A stretch of DNA of 64,000 nucleotides from Rubripirellula sp. (GTDB taxonomy: Bacteria; Planctomycetota; Planctomycetia; Pirellulales; Pirellulaceae), in contig OZ244207.1 of NCBI GenBank assembly GCA_965216875.1, forward strand, positions 4,768,001 through 4,832,000, given 5' to 3'. The position numbers and the translations under genes are program-made. The notes under the pieces are model-generated. The model did no database searches. It saw nothing but the letters and a program-made list of their open reading frames with translations, and was not told the DNA's origin. Within the stretch, counting starts at the first letter, position 1. Each line of letters starts with the position of its first letter. Below, piece after piece: positions 40,526-50,854 of the stretch.

Positions 40526-41515
40526 ATGCATATTCGTTGGCGCGGCATGGAGCTCCCGAGCACCCTGGAAGTCGATCGTGATTCGCTAACTGCGACCTAC
40601 GGCAAGTTCACGGCCGAACCGTTCGAACGTGGCTTTGGTGCCAGCGTGGGCAACAGCCTGCGACGCGTTCTGCTCAGCAGCCTGGTCGGTAGCGCCGTCA
40701 CCCAAATCAAAATCCGTGGCGCTCAGCACGAATTCACCACGATCCCCGGTGTACTCGAAGACGTCACCCAAATCGTCCTTAACGTCAAAAGCTTGGTCGT
40801 TCGCAACCACAGCGAAGCGACCCGCGTGATCGCTGTCGAACGCGACACCGCTGGCGTCATCACCGGTGCCGACATCCAAACTGATTCCGATGTCGAGATC
40901 ATCAACAAAGATCACGTGATCGCAACGCTCACCGATGACGTTCCATTCATGATGGAAATGGTTGTCGAAAACGGTCGCGGTTACGTCCCAAGCACCGAGC
41001 ACAGCACGGTCGATCACGAGATCGGCATCATTCCAATCGATGCCGTGTTCAGCCCGATCACTCGCGTCCGCTACTTCGTTGAAGAGACTCGTGTTGGTCA
41101 AAAGACCAACTTCGACAAGCTCAACTTGGAAATCTGGACCGACGGCTCGATCAACCCCGAACTGGCTTTGGTCGAATCGGCAAAGATCCTTCGCAAGCAC
41201 CTCAACCCATTCGTGCAGTACCGCGAGTTGGGACCGAGCATCTTCTCGGCTGCCCGCGGTGGTGCCGGTTCGCCTGAAGCTCAACTCGAAGCCAAGTTGA
41301 ACATGACTTTGGCCGAGCTACGCTTGTCGGTGCGAGCCAACAACTGCTTGGAAAGCGAAAACATCCAAACGGTTCGTGACCTTGTTCAACGAACCGAAGA
41401 CCAGTTGCTTGAAGTGCGTAACTTCGGCGACACCACGCTCAATGAAGTGCGTGAAAAGTTGTCACAGTACGGATTGCACCTCGGTATGCGAGTTCCCAAC
41501 CAGCCAATGTTCTAG
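40526..41515 (+). CDS. rpoA: DNA-directed RNA polymerase subunit alpha
   Basis: [49 protein letters not shown]; start at MHIRW. Confidence 0.98.
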   Translation: MHIRWRGMELPSTLEVDRDSLTATYGKFTAEPFERGFGASVGNSLRRVLLSSLVGSAVTQIKIRGAQHEFTTIPGVLEDVTQIVLNVKSLVVRNHSEATRVIAVERDTAGVITGADIQTDSDVEIINKDHVIATLTDDVPFMMEMVVENGRGYVPSTEHSTVDHEIGIIPIDAVFSPITRVRYFVEETRVGQKTNFDKLNLEIWTDGSINPELALVESAKILRKHLNPFVQYRELGPSIFSAARGGAGSPEAQLEAKLNMTLAELRLSVRANNCLESENIQTVRDLVQRTEDQLLEVRNFGDTTLNEVREKLSQYGLHLGMRVPNQPMF

Positions 41516-41557
41516 TTGGCAGCCAATGTTCTCGTTGGCAGCCGATGGTCGGCTTTT
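41501..41557 (+). repeat. 19-bp tandem duplication at the rpoA stop, followed by a weak terminator-like hairpin
   Basis: CAGCCAATGTTCTAGTTGG (41501-41519), CAGCCAATGTTCTCGTTGG (41520-41538), then AGCCGA-TGG-TCGGCT-TTT. Confidence 0.75.
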
Positions 41558-41612
41558 GGGAATCGCCCAGTTACTTCATTCACCTAACGTTTTTTGACAC
41601 GGATCCACCGCC

Positions 41613-42266
41613 ATGCGTCACCGACGACGAGGCCGCACGCTCGGACGAAGCCCGAGCCATCGCAAGGCGCTGCTTAAGAACCTCGCCAGCGCGCTCTTTT
41701 TGACTGAGCGTGATGCGAGCTTGGACGACAACGCTCCCAAGGTCGCAGGCCGAATCACGACCACCTTGCACAAAGCCAAAGAGGTTCGCCCTCTGGTTGA
41801 AAAGTGCATCACCATCGCCAAGAAATCGATTCCCGCCGCCGAAGAAGCTGCCAAGCTTGAATCGTCGGCCGAGCGTGGAAGCGACGAATGGAAGAAGTGG
41901 CGCAAGAGCGAACAGTGGCGTGAATGGGCCGATGCCCGCGCTCCTGTTGTTGCTGCACAGCGCCGCGTCGTCCAACTGATTGGCGACAAAGAAGCTGCTC
42001 GCATCCTGTTCGACACCATCGCCGAGCGTTACGTCGATCGTCCAGGCGGATACACTCGCATCTTGCGATTGGCCACGCCACGTTTGGGCGACGCTGGCGA
42101 ACGAGCGATCCTCGAGCTGGTCGGCAAGAATGATCGCGTCAAGCGTTCGGCCGAACGACCATCGTTCGATGATGATGCTCCAGCAGCAGTCGAAGACGAA
42201 GTCGCGACCGAAGAAGCTGTCGCCGAAGAGACCACCAGCGAAGAAAAGAGCGACGGCGAAGAGTGA
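41613..42266 (+). CDS. rplQ: 50S ribosomal protein L17 (extended form)
   Basis: MRHRRRGRTLGRSPSHRKALLKNL, ITTTLHKAKE.R, RPGGYTRI, R.GD.G. Confidence 0.96.
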   Translation: MRHRRRGRTLGRSPSHRKALLKNLASALFLTERDASLDDNAPKVAGRITTTLHKAKEVRPLVEKCITIAKKSIPAAEEAAKLESSAERGSDEWKKWRKSEQWREWADARAPVVAAQRRVVQLIGDKEAARILFDTIAERYVDRPGGYTRILRLATPRLGDAGERAILELVGKNDRVKRSAERPSFDDDAPAAVEDEVATEEAVAEETTSEEKSDGEE

Positions 42267-42303
42267 TTCGCCTGAGCTTGTAACTCGCCTTAGAAAAATC
42301 AAA

Positions 42304-42531
42304 GCTCGGCAGGAGCCCCGCCATCCCCAACGGATAGCTGAGGCTTCTGCCGAGTTTTTCGTTAGGTCTATTCAACTTACCTCGTTCCCACGGTCCCCGT
42401 GGGAACGCAATCTGCGGACGCTCCGCGTCCTCTTTGTAGGTCATGCTCCGCATGACAACGCATTCACATTGCGTGTCGCGGGGTGCAAGGTCCGGACTCA
42501 GCAAGGCCCGACGCTAGCGCATTCGGCTCAC
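42304..42531. repeat. Mixed REP mosaic: E doublet (42304-42355), F (42380-42430), A (42436-42456), D (42505-42531)
   Basis: Recurrent palindromes, including an exact REP-A copy 22 kb from the RAYT. Confidence 0.87.
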
Positions 42532-42559
42532 AAAAAACGACAGCGCCGCGTTAGAGAAA

Positions 42560-43873
42560 TCAGCCTGACATGCCCTGTGCCATGCGCCAGGCTCGCTGCT
42601 GCTTTTCGAGACCGACCTCTCGGCTGATTGCAGCCCAACGATCTCTCACGCCTTCAAGGGCCGCGGCCGGTTCCGCATCACCGCTCACGCAACGCAGCAC
42701 TGCCTCGTCGAGCGCGACATAGTACTGGTCCGCAGCATTCATTTTGATCGTCGGCAAGACATTCGAAACCGCTAGTGCCTCGCGGACAACGCTGGCGTAA
42801 CCGACGTCGGCCGCCCCGTCGCCACCTCCGGTGCGTCGATTCAACGTCATCGCGGCAACCTCGCGGCGGGCGAGCTCACTCCCCTCGCCGCCCGCTAGCC
42901 ATCGCACAAACAACTTCGACACGTCTGACTGTCGGCATCGATCTGCAAGTGAGGCGACCAGCGAGTAAGGGTCAAGGACGACTTTGGGAAGCGAGGTGGC
43001 CGGAATCGCTGCGAAGCTATAGTCCTGGTCGGTCGTCACATCGCCCGAAGAGAATCCGATGGCGCCCTTCAAGCGACCGTCGCCAAGAGCTTCCCAAATC
43101 TGATTTGGATTGCTCGGCTCAACTGGACTTCGCTGGACGGTCGTACGCATTTGAGTCAAAACGTCGACGAACGGTTGGTCGGCAATCTTGGGTTCAAAAT
43201 TCTGCAAACCGAACAACCAACCGCGGGAGAGTGTCGATGCTGCGCGCCAAAGGAACATCGTTCCCGCCCACCCATCGGCAAGTGGTTCGGCGACCGCTCC
43301 GCCCAGCGATTCGCCCCACTGATCATATTCCTGCCACGTCGCCGGACTCGCCGCTTCGTCTGCTGAGATGACCGAAGGCTGTCGCCCTCCAAGCGGCAGC
43401 CCAACGATCGAACTACCGTGACGCATCACGCCATTTCTAAGCGAGGCCAGAAAGGCGCCACCACTTTGTTCGGCAAGCTTCACTTCGCTTTCGGCCAGGT
43501 CATAGATCCGGCCTTTTCCCTCGAGCTCCGTGACGGCCATCAGGGGGTAAATCAGGACGTCTTGTTTCTCACTTGCCTCGATCAATTTGTCGATCGTGTC
43601 GGTCCCCGTCCTGGACTCCTCGATCAACGTGAACTCCAACGCCTGTGGACTGATCGATGTCCATGCGCGAGCGATCGCATCCTGGTCCGCCTGAGAACCC
43701 CACAGCATCACGCGAAGCGGGACGTCGCTGAATTCGAATTCTGCCTCGCCCGATTCCGACTCCTCGTCTTTCGACTTCGAGCAACCGGCAAGGCCAACGC
43801 CGCTGACCAGGGCTGCCGATCCGGCGGCAAGAACTTGGCGGCGGCTGAATTGATGAACCGATCGATCCGACAC
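42560..43873 (-). CDS. Extracellular solute-binding lipoprotein (sugar SBP-like, Tat-type signal)
   Basis: SRRQVL twin-arginine motif plus LAGC lipobox; PATWQEY, F.RWLAG, Y..ALD patterns typical of SBPs; divergent sequence. Confidence 0.7.
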   Translation of the reverse strand: MSDRSVHQFSRRQVLAAGSAALVSGVGLAGCSKSKDEESESGEAEFEFSDVPLRVMLWGSQADQDAIARAWTSISPQALEFTLIEESRTGTDTIDKLIEASEKQDVLIYPLMAVTELEGKGRIYDLAESEVKLAEQSGGAFLASLRNGVMRHGSSIVGLPLGGRQPSVISADEAASPATWQEYDQWGESLGGAVAEPLADGWAGTMFLWRAASTLSRGWLFGLQNFEPKIADQPFVDVLTQMRTTVQRSPVEPSNPNQIWEALGDGRLKGAIGFSSGDVTTDQDYSFAAIPATSLPKVVLDPYSLVASLADRCRQSDVSKLFVRWLAGGEGSELARREVAAMTLNRRTGGGDGAADVGYASVVREALAVSNVLPTIKMNAADQYYVALDEAVLRCVSGDAEPAAALEGVRDRWAAISREVGLEKQQRAWRMAQGMSG

Positions 43874-44051
43874 GATGAATCTCTTGTTGGGTTAACGTTG
43901 GCGCGTTCCGGGAGCGCGGGTTTGACACATCTGATCTTTTTACGCAATGGGGCGGTCGCCAGTTCATCCCTTTGGCGGCTAAAATCCCGGCTCAAACATG
44001 ACAGCGGCGTAAAATCTGAATCCCGATTGAAAACAGGCTGAGCGAGAGAAC

Positions 44052-45575
44052 ATGAGCTACTACCTCGGAATCGATATTGGCACTAGCGGAACGAAAACCC
44101 TGCTCATCGACCAAGCAGGCAATGTGCTGGCCGAGGCAAACGCTGAATACCCGCTGCATCAGCCCAAGCCTGGCTGGACCGAGCAAGACCCCGAGGATTG
44201 GTGGAAAGCGACCGTCAAGACGGTTCGTGCGGTCGTCAAAAAAGCGAAGCTCAAACCAACCGACGTGCGTGCGATTGGACTCAGTGGCCAAATGCACGGC
44301 AGCGTCTTCCTGGACAAGAACGACAAAGTGATTCGGCCCGCGCTGCTGTGGAATGATCAACGGACCGCTGCCGAATGCGATGAAATCACTTCGGCAGCCG
44401 GCGGTCGCAAAGCGCTGATAAAGATGGTCGCCAATCCAGCGTTGACCGGATTCCAGGCTCCCAAGATCCTCTGGCTGCGCAACAACGAGAAACGCAACTT
44501 CGATCGACTCGCCAAGGTCCTGCTTCCCAAAGACGATATTCGACGTCGACTCACTGGCGATTATGTCACCGAGGTGAGTGATGCCAGCGGAACATTGCTG
44601 CTTGATGTCGTTCGTCGCAACTGGTCCAAGAAACTGCTCTCAAAGATTGGCCTCGACACCGACTTGCTTCCAAGCGTGGTCGAAAGTGACGAAGTCACCG
44701 GAACGCTAACGCCAGCAGCCGCGAAAGCACTTGGCCTTTCGACCGAGTGCAAAGTCGTCGGCGGTGCAGGGGACTGTGCCGCGGGCGCCGTCGGTAACGG
44801 CGTCGTGAAGAAAGGGGTCCTCAGCACATCGATCGGCACCAGCGGCGTGATGTTCGTTCACAGTGACGAACCACAGTACGATGCTTCCGGCCGACTGCAT
44901 ACGTTCTGTCACGCGGTCAACGGCAAGTGGCACATGATGGGCGTCAACTTGACCAGCGGCGGGTCGCTGCAATGGTGGGTTGATTCAGTCATCCAGGGTC
45001 TGACCGGGTTCTCGGCAAAGAACCGCTACGAAGCGGCCACTGCGGAAGCGGCCAAGATTGCCGCCGGAAGTGATGGCCTTGTCTTCTTGCCCTACCTCAA
45101 CGGCGAACGTACTCCACATGCCGACCCCAACGCGCGTGGCGCTTTTGTTGGGATGAACCTAACTCACCAGCGCGGACACATGACAAGAAGCGTGATGGAA
45201 GGCATCACCTTTGCACTGCGTGACAGCCTCGAAATCATCACGTCACTCGGCGTTCCCGTTCGCCAAATCCGCGCTTCGGGCGGCGGCAGCAAGAATCCAC
45301 TTTGGCGTCAAATGCAAGCCGATGTCTTCGGCAAAAAGATCACCACCTTGGAAGTCGAGCAGGGCCCAGCCTTTGGTGTCGCTCTGCTCGCAGCGGTCGG
45401 CGACGGAGCCTACAAGAATGTCGAAGCAGCGTGCAAAGCAACCATCAAAGTTGCCGATGAAACACCCGCTGATCGAGCAGCCGTCAAGAAATACAACCAA
45501 CTATTCCCTGTCTACCGCGACCTCTACGGCAAGCTGAGCGAATCGATGCATCAACTTGCCGATCTTCAGTCGTGA
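44052..45575 (+). CDS. xylB: Xylulokinase (FGGY family)
   Basis: GIDIGTSGTK, GLSGQMHG, LWNDQRT, SDASGT, GTSG, LPYLNGERTPH, GGGSK. Confidence 0.93.
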   Translation: MSYYLGIDIGTSGTKTLLIDQAGNVLAEANAEYPLHQPKPGWTEQDPEDWWKATVKTVRAVVKKAKLKPTDVRAIGLSGQMHGSVFLDKNDKVIRPALLWNDQRTAAECDEITSAAGGRKALIKMVANPALTGFQAPKILWLRNNEKRNFDRLAKVLLPKDDIRRRLTGDYVTEVSDASGTLLLDVVRRNWSKKLLSKIGLDTDLLPSVVESDEVTGTLTPAAAKALGLSTECKVVGGAGDCAAGAVGNGVVKKGVLSTSIGTSGVMFVHSDEPQYDASGRLHTFCHAVNGKWHMMGVNLTSGGSLQWWVDSVIQGLTGFSAKNRYEAATAEAAKIAAGSDGLVFLPYLNGERTPHADPNARGAFVGMNLTHQRGHMTRSVMEGITFALRDSLEIITSLGVPVRQIRASGGGSKNPLWRQMQADVFGKKITTLEVEQGPAFGVALLAAVGDGAYKNVEAACKATIKVADETPADRAAVKKYNQLFPVYRDLYGKLSESMHQLADLQS

Positions 45576-45813
45576 GCCGAACGCGCTAGCGTCGGGCCTT
45601 ACAGGGGAAGTACCGGCTAGCCGCGATCGCGTAAGCGGCCGGACTTTCCACTCCGACCATCAGCCGCAACGCGATAGTGTGCGGTTCCTTCAGTCAGCCA
45701 ATCATCGAAAACCACGAGCGATCGCTCGACGGCTGATGTTGCCGCTTGTAGTACCGAGCTTTAGCCGGAATCTTCAGGCGTTTCCACCTTAGGACGCCTG
45801 AAGACAGTACTAC
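45572..45813. repeat. Mixed REP mosaic: D (45572-45598), an ATCAGCCG...CGGCTGAT imperfect doublet (~45659-45737), C doublet (45748-45813)
   Basis: GTGAGCCGAACGCGCTAGCGTCGGGCC overlaps the xylB stop; GTAGTACCGAGCTTTAGCCGG...GTACTAC. Confidence 0.82.
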
Positions 45814-45839
45814 GAACCGACCACAATCCGACGACGCGT

Positions 45840-46769
<930 letters not shown>

Positions 46770-46991
46770 GAATCAAATCCTATAACGAGCGAATTCAATC
46801 CCACGAATGGCATCTCGCCGTGACGTGGGACGTGGGTGGGTAAGCTGGGAAGGAAGGTCAAATTGTAACCGGTCGCTATCCGGTATCCACCTCGCCAAAA
46901 GTCGTGTCAGGCAAATTCTCTTCTTCATTCGCGTAGGGGGTGTGAGCTTGCATGCACCATCGATTTTGGCCGCTCTCACATGATCCAAACG

Positions 46992-48221
46992 CTACTCGAT
47001 GCCGGTGTAGATCGCCTTGAACAACTCTTGAGCGAGCTGTGGCTGGGTCGGGACACGTTGGCGAATCACAATTTGAAACATGCGTTCGTCCGGGACTACG
47101 CAAAAGTCTGTCGTCGCATAACCAGCCCACGAATATTGCTTGGCCTCTTTCACGTTCTCGCCATCGCCGATTCGCACATCTTTGATCGCGAACCCTAAAC
47201 CAAATTTGAATCCTCCAGCGACTCCGTCAAGCTGGTCGGCAAACATCATGTCCAGCGTTTCTAGTTTGAGAATCTGGTTGCCTTCAAACTCGCCTCCATC
47301 GACGAGCATTTGGCAAAAATGCGCGTAATCGTCGATTGTCGAAACGAGGCCACCGCCACCGGATAGAAACTCAAAGCCACCGTTAAACGGACTTGTCGTC
47401 GCCTTGTCGATCACAACCAACTTGCCATCTTTCATTGTGTGACACGATGCAAAGCGGCCACGTTTCGGTTCAGGAACAGCGAATCCAGTGTCAACCATAC
47501 CCAGCGGCTCGAAAATGGCTTGCTGCATGTATTGGTCGAGCGGTTTACCCGACCAGATCTCGATCAACCGGCCCAGCACATCGGTGTTGAGTCCATAGGT
47601 AAACCGTTCGCCGGGATGGTGCATCGCTGGGATTCTTGCCAACGCTTCGGACAACTCTTCGATAGACATCGACGGTGGCATCATTCCCGCGGGAGGTTGA
47701 TAGATGATCCCTTCTTCGCGATACCGTTTCTTCAAGACTTCGCTGATACCACCGTCGTATGCGTAACCGGTGGTGTGTCGAAAAAGGTCGCGCACCGTCA
47801 ATGGACGACGCGGAGCAACCAGCTCGTATTTCTCGCCAACTTTCTCGTAGGCCTTCGAGTCCGCAAACGCAGGAATGTACTTTGACAAAGGATCGTCGAG
47901 TTTGAACTTGTCCTTGTCGAACAACGTCATCGCAGCAACCGACGTGATCGGTTTGGTCATCGAGTACATCCTGACGATCGTGTCGCGTTGCATCGGCAAC
48001 GCGTCCTCGACATCACGCTCTCCAATGACCTGGAAGTGAACTTCTTTTCCGTCACGTACGACCAAGTGCATTGCACCGGCAACGCGTCCTTGACGAACCT
48101 CCTTTTCGAGTTTCGCACTGGCTTCTGCGAACGGTTTGGGTTCAATCGTTTGACCAAAAGAAGAAGTGCAAACGGTTGCCATCAAGCAACAACTCAACAA
48201 GCAGCTCATTCCGCGGTTCAT
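46992..48221 (-). CDS. Serine hydrolase (beta-lactamase class C / AmpC-like family)
   Basis: SMTK (SxxK), LFRHTTG, PGERFTYG, SGGGGLVST..DY, WAG; start is ATG 48221 or GTG 48281. Confidence 0.88.
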   Translation of the reverse strand: MNRGMSCLLSCCLMATVCTSSFGQTIEPKPFAEASAKLEKEVRQGRVAGAMHLVVRDGKEVHFQVIGERDVEDALPMQRDTIVRMYSMTKPITSVAAMTLFDKDKFKLDDPLSKYIPAFADSKAYEKVGEKYELVAPRRPLTVRDLFRHTTGYAYDGGISEVLKKRYREEGIIYQPPAGMMPPSMSIEELSEALARIPAMHHPGERFTYGLNTDVLGRLIEIWSGKPLDQYMQQAIFEPLGMVDTGFAVPEPKRGRFASCHTMKDGKLVVIDKATTSPFNGGFEFLSGGGGLVSTIDDYAHFCQMLVDGGEFEGNQILKLETLDMMFADQLDGVAGGFKFGLGFAIKDVRIGDGENVKEAKQYSWAGYATTDFCVVPDERMFQIVIRQRVPTQPQLAQELFKAIYTGIE

Positions 48222-48277
48222 CGCTAACCTATCTTTTTTGGGCTTCGAGAGGATTTTCGTAGGTGACGGACAATCGG

Positions 48278-49876
48278 TCACCCAAGTGGTGATGGCGGCA
48301 GGGTGATGACAAACCGAGCACCGCCGATGGGTGCCGTATCGACGGCTACCGTGCCGCCATGCTTGCGAATGATTCGCTCCACCAAAGCAAGTCCCAATCC
48401 TGTTCCGGTTTCGTTGTTGCCTTCTAGTCGCACAAAAGGCTGAAAGACCCGATCGCGGTCTTCATCCGAGATGCCTGGCCCGTCGTCATCGACAACGACG
48501 CGGGTCACTTGCCCCTGTTGCTCGACAAACACCTCGACTCGCGATTTGGCGAAGCGGGCGCCATTGCGAAGCAGGTTACTCACCGCACGCGCAATCCCAA
48601 TGCGGTCACCCACGACTTCCAATGCCTTTTCTTGCTGAGTTTGTTCGATCGCAACATTGGGAAAAAGTGGTTGATTGACCTCGACAAGCTCATTGACCAT
48701 CTCATTGATTGCCAAAGACTCGACATGCTGGCTCACGTCGTTCGATTCGGCGCGGACATAGGTCAACAATTCGCCGACAAGATCATCAAGCTGCTGTGTC
48801 GCATCGTCGACCGCATCGAGTCGCTGACGCCGTTCTTCGTCCGACTTTGCAGCTTCGATCAAATCCGCTGCAAAGCGAATGCGTGCAAGCGGCGTGCGCA
48901 ATTCGTGTGATACCGCCTGCAACAACTCACGTTGTGACCGAATCAGCGCCTCCGTCCGTTCGGCCATGAAGTTGAACGAATGCGCGAGCGGACGCACCGC
49001 TTGGACATGAGTTTCGGTCACGCGAGCTTCGAGGTCACCGTCGGCAATCGAAATTGCAGCTTCTTCGACATGTCGCAACTGTCTCGCCACCGGGCGCAGC
49101 AAGAGTGCGATTGCGAGTGCTGCAGGCAGCAACACGAGCGCCAAGGTCGTGGCTGCCGCTCGTTGCTCAATTCGCTGGAAGTTTGGAAACGGTCCAAACC
49201 GCAATGCGTTGGATTCGGATTCAAGCGACGTCGCCGCGTAGTACTGCTCGCCACTTCCATCAAGTGACCCGTTGAAAAACGCGACACGAGCACCGCGCGC
49301 CAGGCGACCGGAAACAGGCGGGGGCAACTCGGACCGTGCCACCACGTCGACCGGGATCTCAAACATCGAGCGAACCGCCTCAAGTTTGTTGGGATCCACC
49401 TCGCCTTCGACTTCGGTTTCGACCGCCGCCAACCTCATCCAACCACTGATCGAATCTTCGATTTCACGTTGCCGATAAGACGGAAACGGCCCTAACCAAA
49501 CACACGATTCTTCCGCTTCGAAATCAGACTCGATTCGGGCTACCACAAAATGTTGGTCGCCAACGCGTTGGTACGCCACACTTTTTCCAGCCCGAAACGC
49601 CTGCTCGACTTCCGGCGAAATGCCAGCGACTGGGCGGACGCCAACCGGATAATCGAATTGCTGGTTGATCCGTTTAAGGGACTTTTGTCTTGCCTCCTGG
49701 TCTTCGACCACAGCAAGCTCGCTAGCGACCAGCCGAGCGCCGCCCGAATGCGCTTCGAGAATAACCCGAGCCAAGTCTGCGTCGCTACGTTGTTGATGAA
49801 CGACGCCGTGGATGTACCATGCCAGCGAAAGAACCGCCAACACACCCAAATAGATTCGTATGAAGAGCCAGGTCAT
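48278..49876 (-). CDS. Membrane sensor histidine kinase (HAMP-HisKA-HATPase, RstB-like)
   Basis: Two TMs, HAMP, H-box VSHELRTPLARI, NLLRNG, DDDGPGI, GTGLGLA, GGARF. Confidence 0.92.
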   Translation of the reverse strand: MTWLFIRIYLGVLAVLSLAWYIHGVVHQQRSDADLARVILEAHSGGARLVASELAVVEDQEARQKSLKRINQQFDYPVGVRPVAGISPEVEQAFRAGKSVAYQRVGDQHFVVARIESDFEAEESCVWLGPFPSYRQREIEDSISGWMRLAAVETEVEGEVDPNKLEAVRSMFEIPVDVVARSELPPPVSGRLARGARVAFFNGSLDGSGEQYYAATSLESESNALRFGPFPNFQRIEQRAAATTLALVLLPAALAIALLLRPVARQLRHVEEAAISIADGDLEARVTETHVQAVRPLAHSFNFMAERTEALIRSQRELLQAVSHELRTPLARIRFAADLIEAAKSDEERRQRLDAVDDATQQLDDLVGELLTYVRAESNDVSQHVESLAINEMVNELVEVNQPLFPNVAIEQTQQEKALEVVGDRIGIARAVSNLLRNGARFAKSRVEVFVEQQGQVTRVVVDDDGPGISDEDRDRVFQPFVRLEGNNETGTGLGLALVERIIRKHGGTVAVDTAPIGGARFVITLPPSPLG

Positions 49877-49998
49877 GATCGGAAGAAGGGTTGATGTCGC
49901 GCGCGTCCACCAGGCGTGAACCAATTCACATTCTAACTTGCGAATTGCTCACCATCGCCCGCAGGGGATCGATCGCGTTACCATCCGATACAGGTAAA

Positions 49999-50646
49999 TC
50001 AGGAAGCTGGAGGCTCCGCGATGTAAATCATCGACTCAGGATGATCGTGACGCCATTTTCGAAGCGGAACTCTCGTGAACGGAACGTCCTTGAGCGGCAA
50101 TGCCTTTGAAGTCTGCCCATAGCGTTTGCCATTGAAAACCATGACCATTTGCTGGTCGATATCGATACCACCCACGCCTAGTGAAAGCAGTCCTTCATTT
50201 TCGTCATCACTCAACACCCGAACACAATCGCGTGCGTCGCAGTACGTGACTGACAACGGCTGATGATTCAAAACGAAGTTTGCGATGTGGCGCTGTGGCG
50301 AACACATTGACTCAATCACAAACGCATACGCTTCGCCATCGATATCAACCCCAATCACCTCGGTCGACTCGGGAAGCTCGACGTCGTCAACGGGTACGAG
50401 CGCTGGTTGGTCAACGCCCGGAAAGTCGACGAGGATTTCGAGTGGCCGATAGTGCTCACCGCCGTCCATGATATCCACGAGACGCCGATGCTCCGCTTTT
50501 TCAGCAGCGATCTGTGCCGCCGTCAACGGACGCACTCGATGACTCGACGTCCAATGATCACGCGCACTCAACTCATGGTCGGCTGCCCAATAGACACCCA
50601 ACGCAACAAGAAGAGCAGCAATCAATACTCGGTGATACCGTTGCAT
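49999..50646 (-). CDS. DUF3179-like exported protein
   Basis: N-terminal TM; P.VDQP, VIGV.IDGEAYAF, SVTYC, W...HP.S motifs. Confidence 0.6.
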   Translation of the reverse strand: MQRYHRVLIAALLVALGVYWAADHELSARDHWTSSHRVRPLTAAQIAAEKAEHRRLVDIMDGGEHYRPLEILVDFPGVDQPALVPVDDVELPESTEVIGVDIDGEAYAFVIESMCSPQRHIANFVLNHQPLSVTYCDARDCVRVLSDDENEGLLSLGVGGIDIDQQMVMVFNGKRYGQTSKALPLKDVPFTRVPLRKWRHDHPESMIYIAEPPAS

Positions 50647-50854
50647 CTATCGTTTTTTGTGAACCGTGAAAGTAGAACAGGCTCGCCTCGAAGGTGAGCC
50701 GTTTGAACCCCAATTCATCCCTGTGGTATTCGTTTTCTGAGCGATAATCTTGCGAGTTACTCTCACATCGCAAATTGCAGCCCGACCACATGACGGGAGC
50801 AGCCTTCCCCCACATATAGATTATGGGACGCCGCCAACCCTAGGGAGAGAATAA

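Noticed and set aside
46992..48221. True beta-lactamase resistance gene
   Set aside because: The SxxK family includes many esterases and peptidases; no specific evidence for beta-lactam hydrolysis
50679..50700. Hairpin GGCTCGCCT-CGA-AGGTGAGCC upstream of the DUF3179-like gene
   Set aside because: Single copy with no clear U-tract; cannot be assigned as a terminator or a REP
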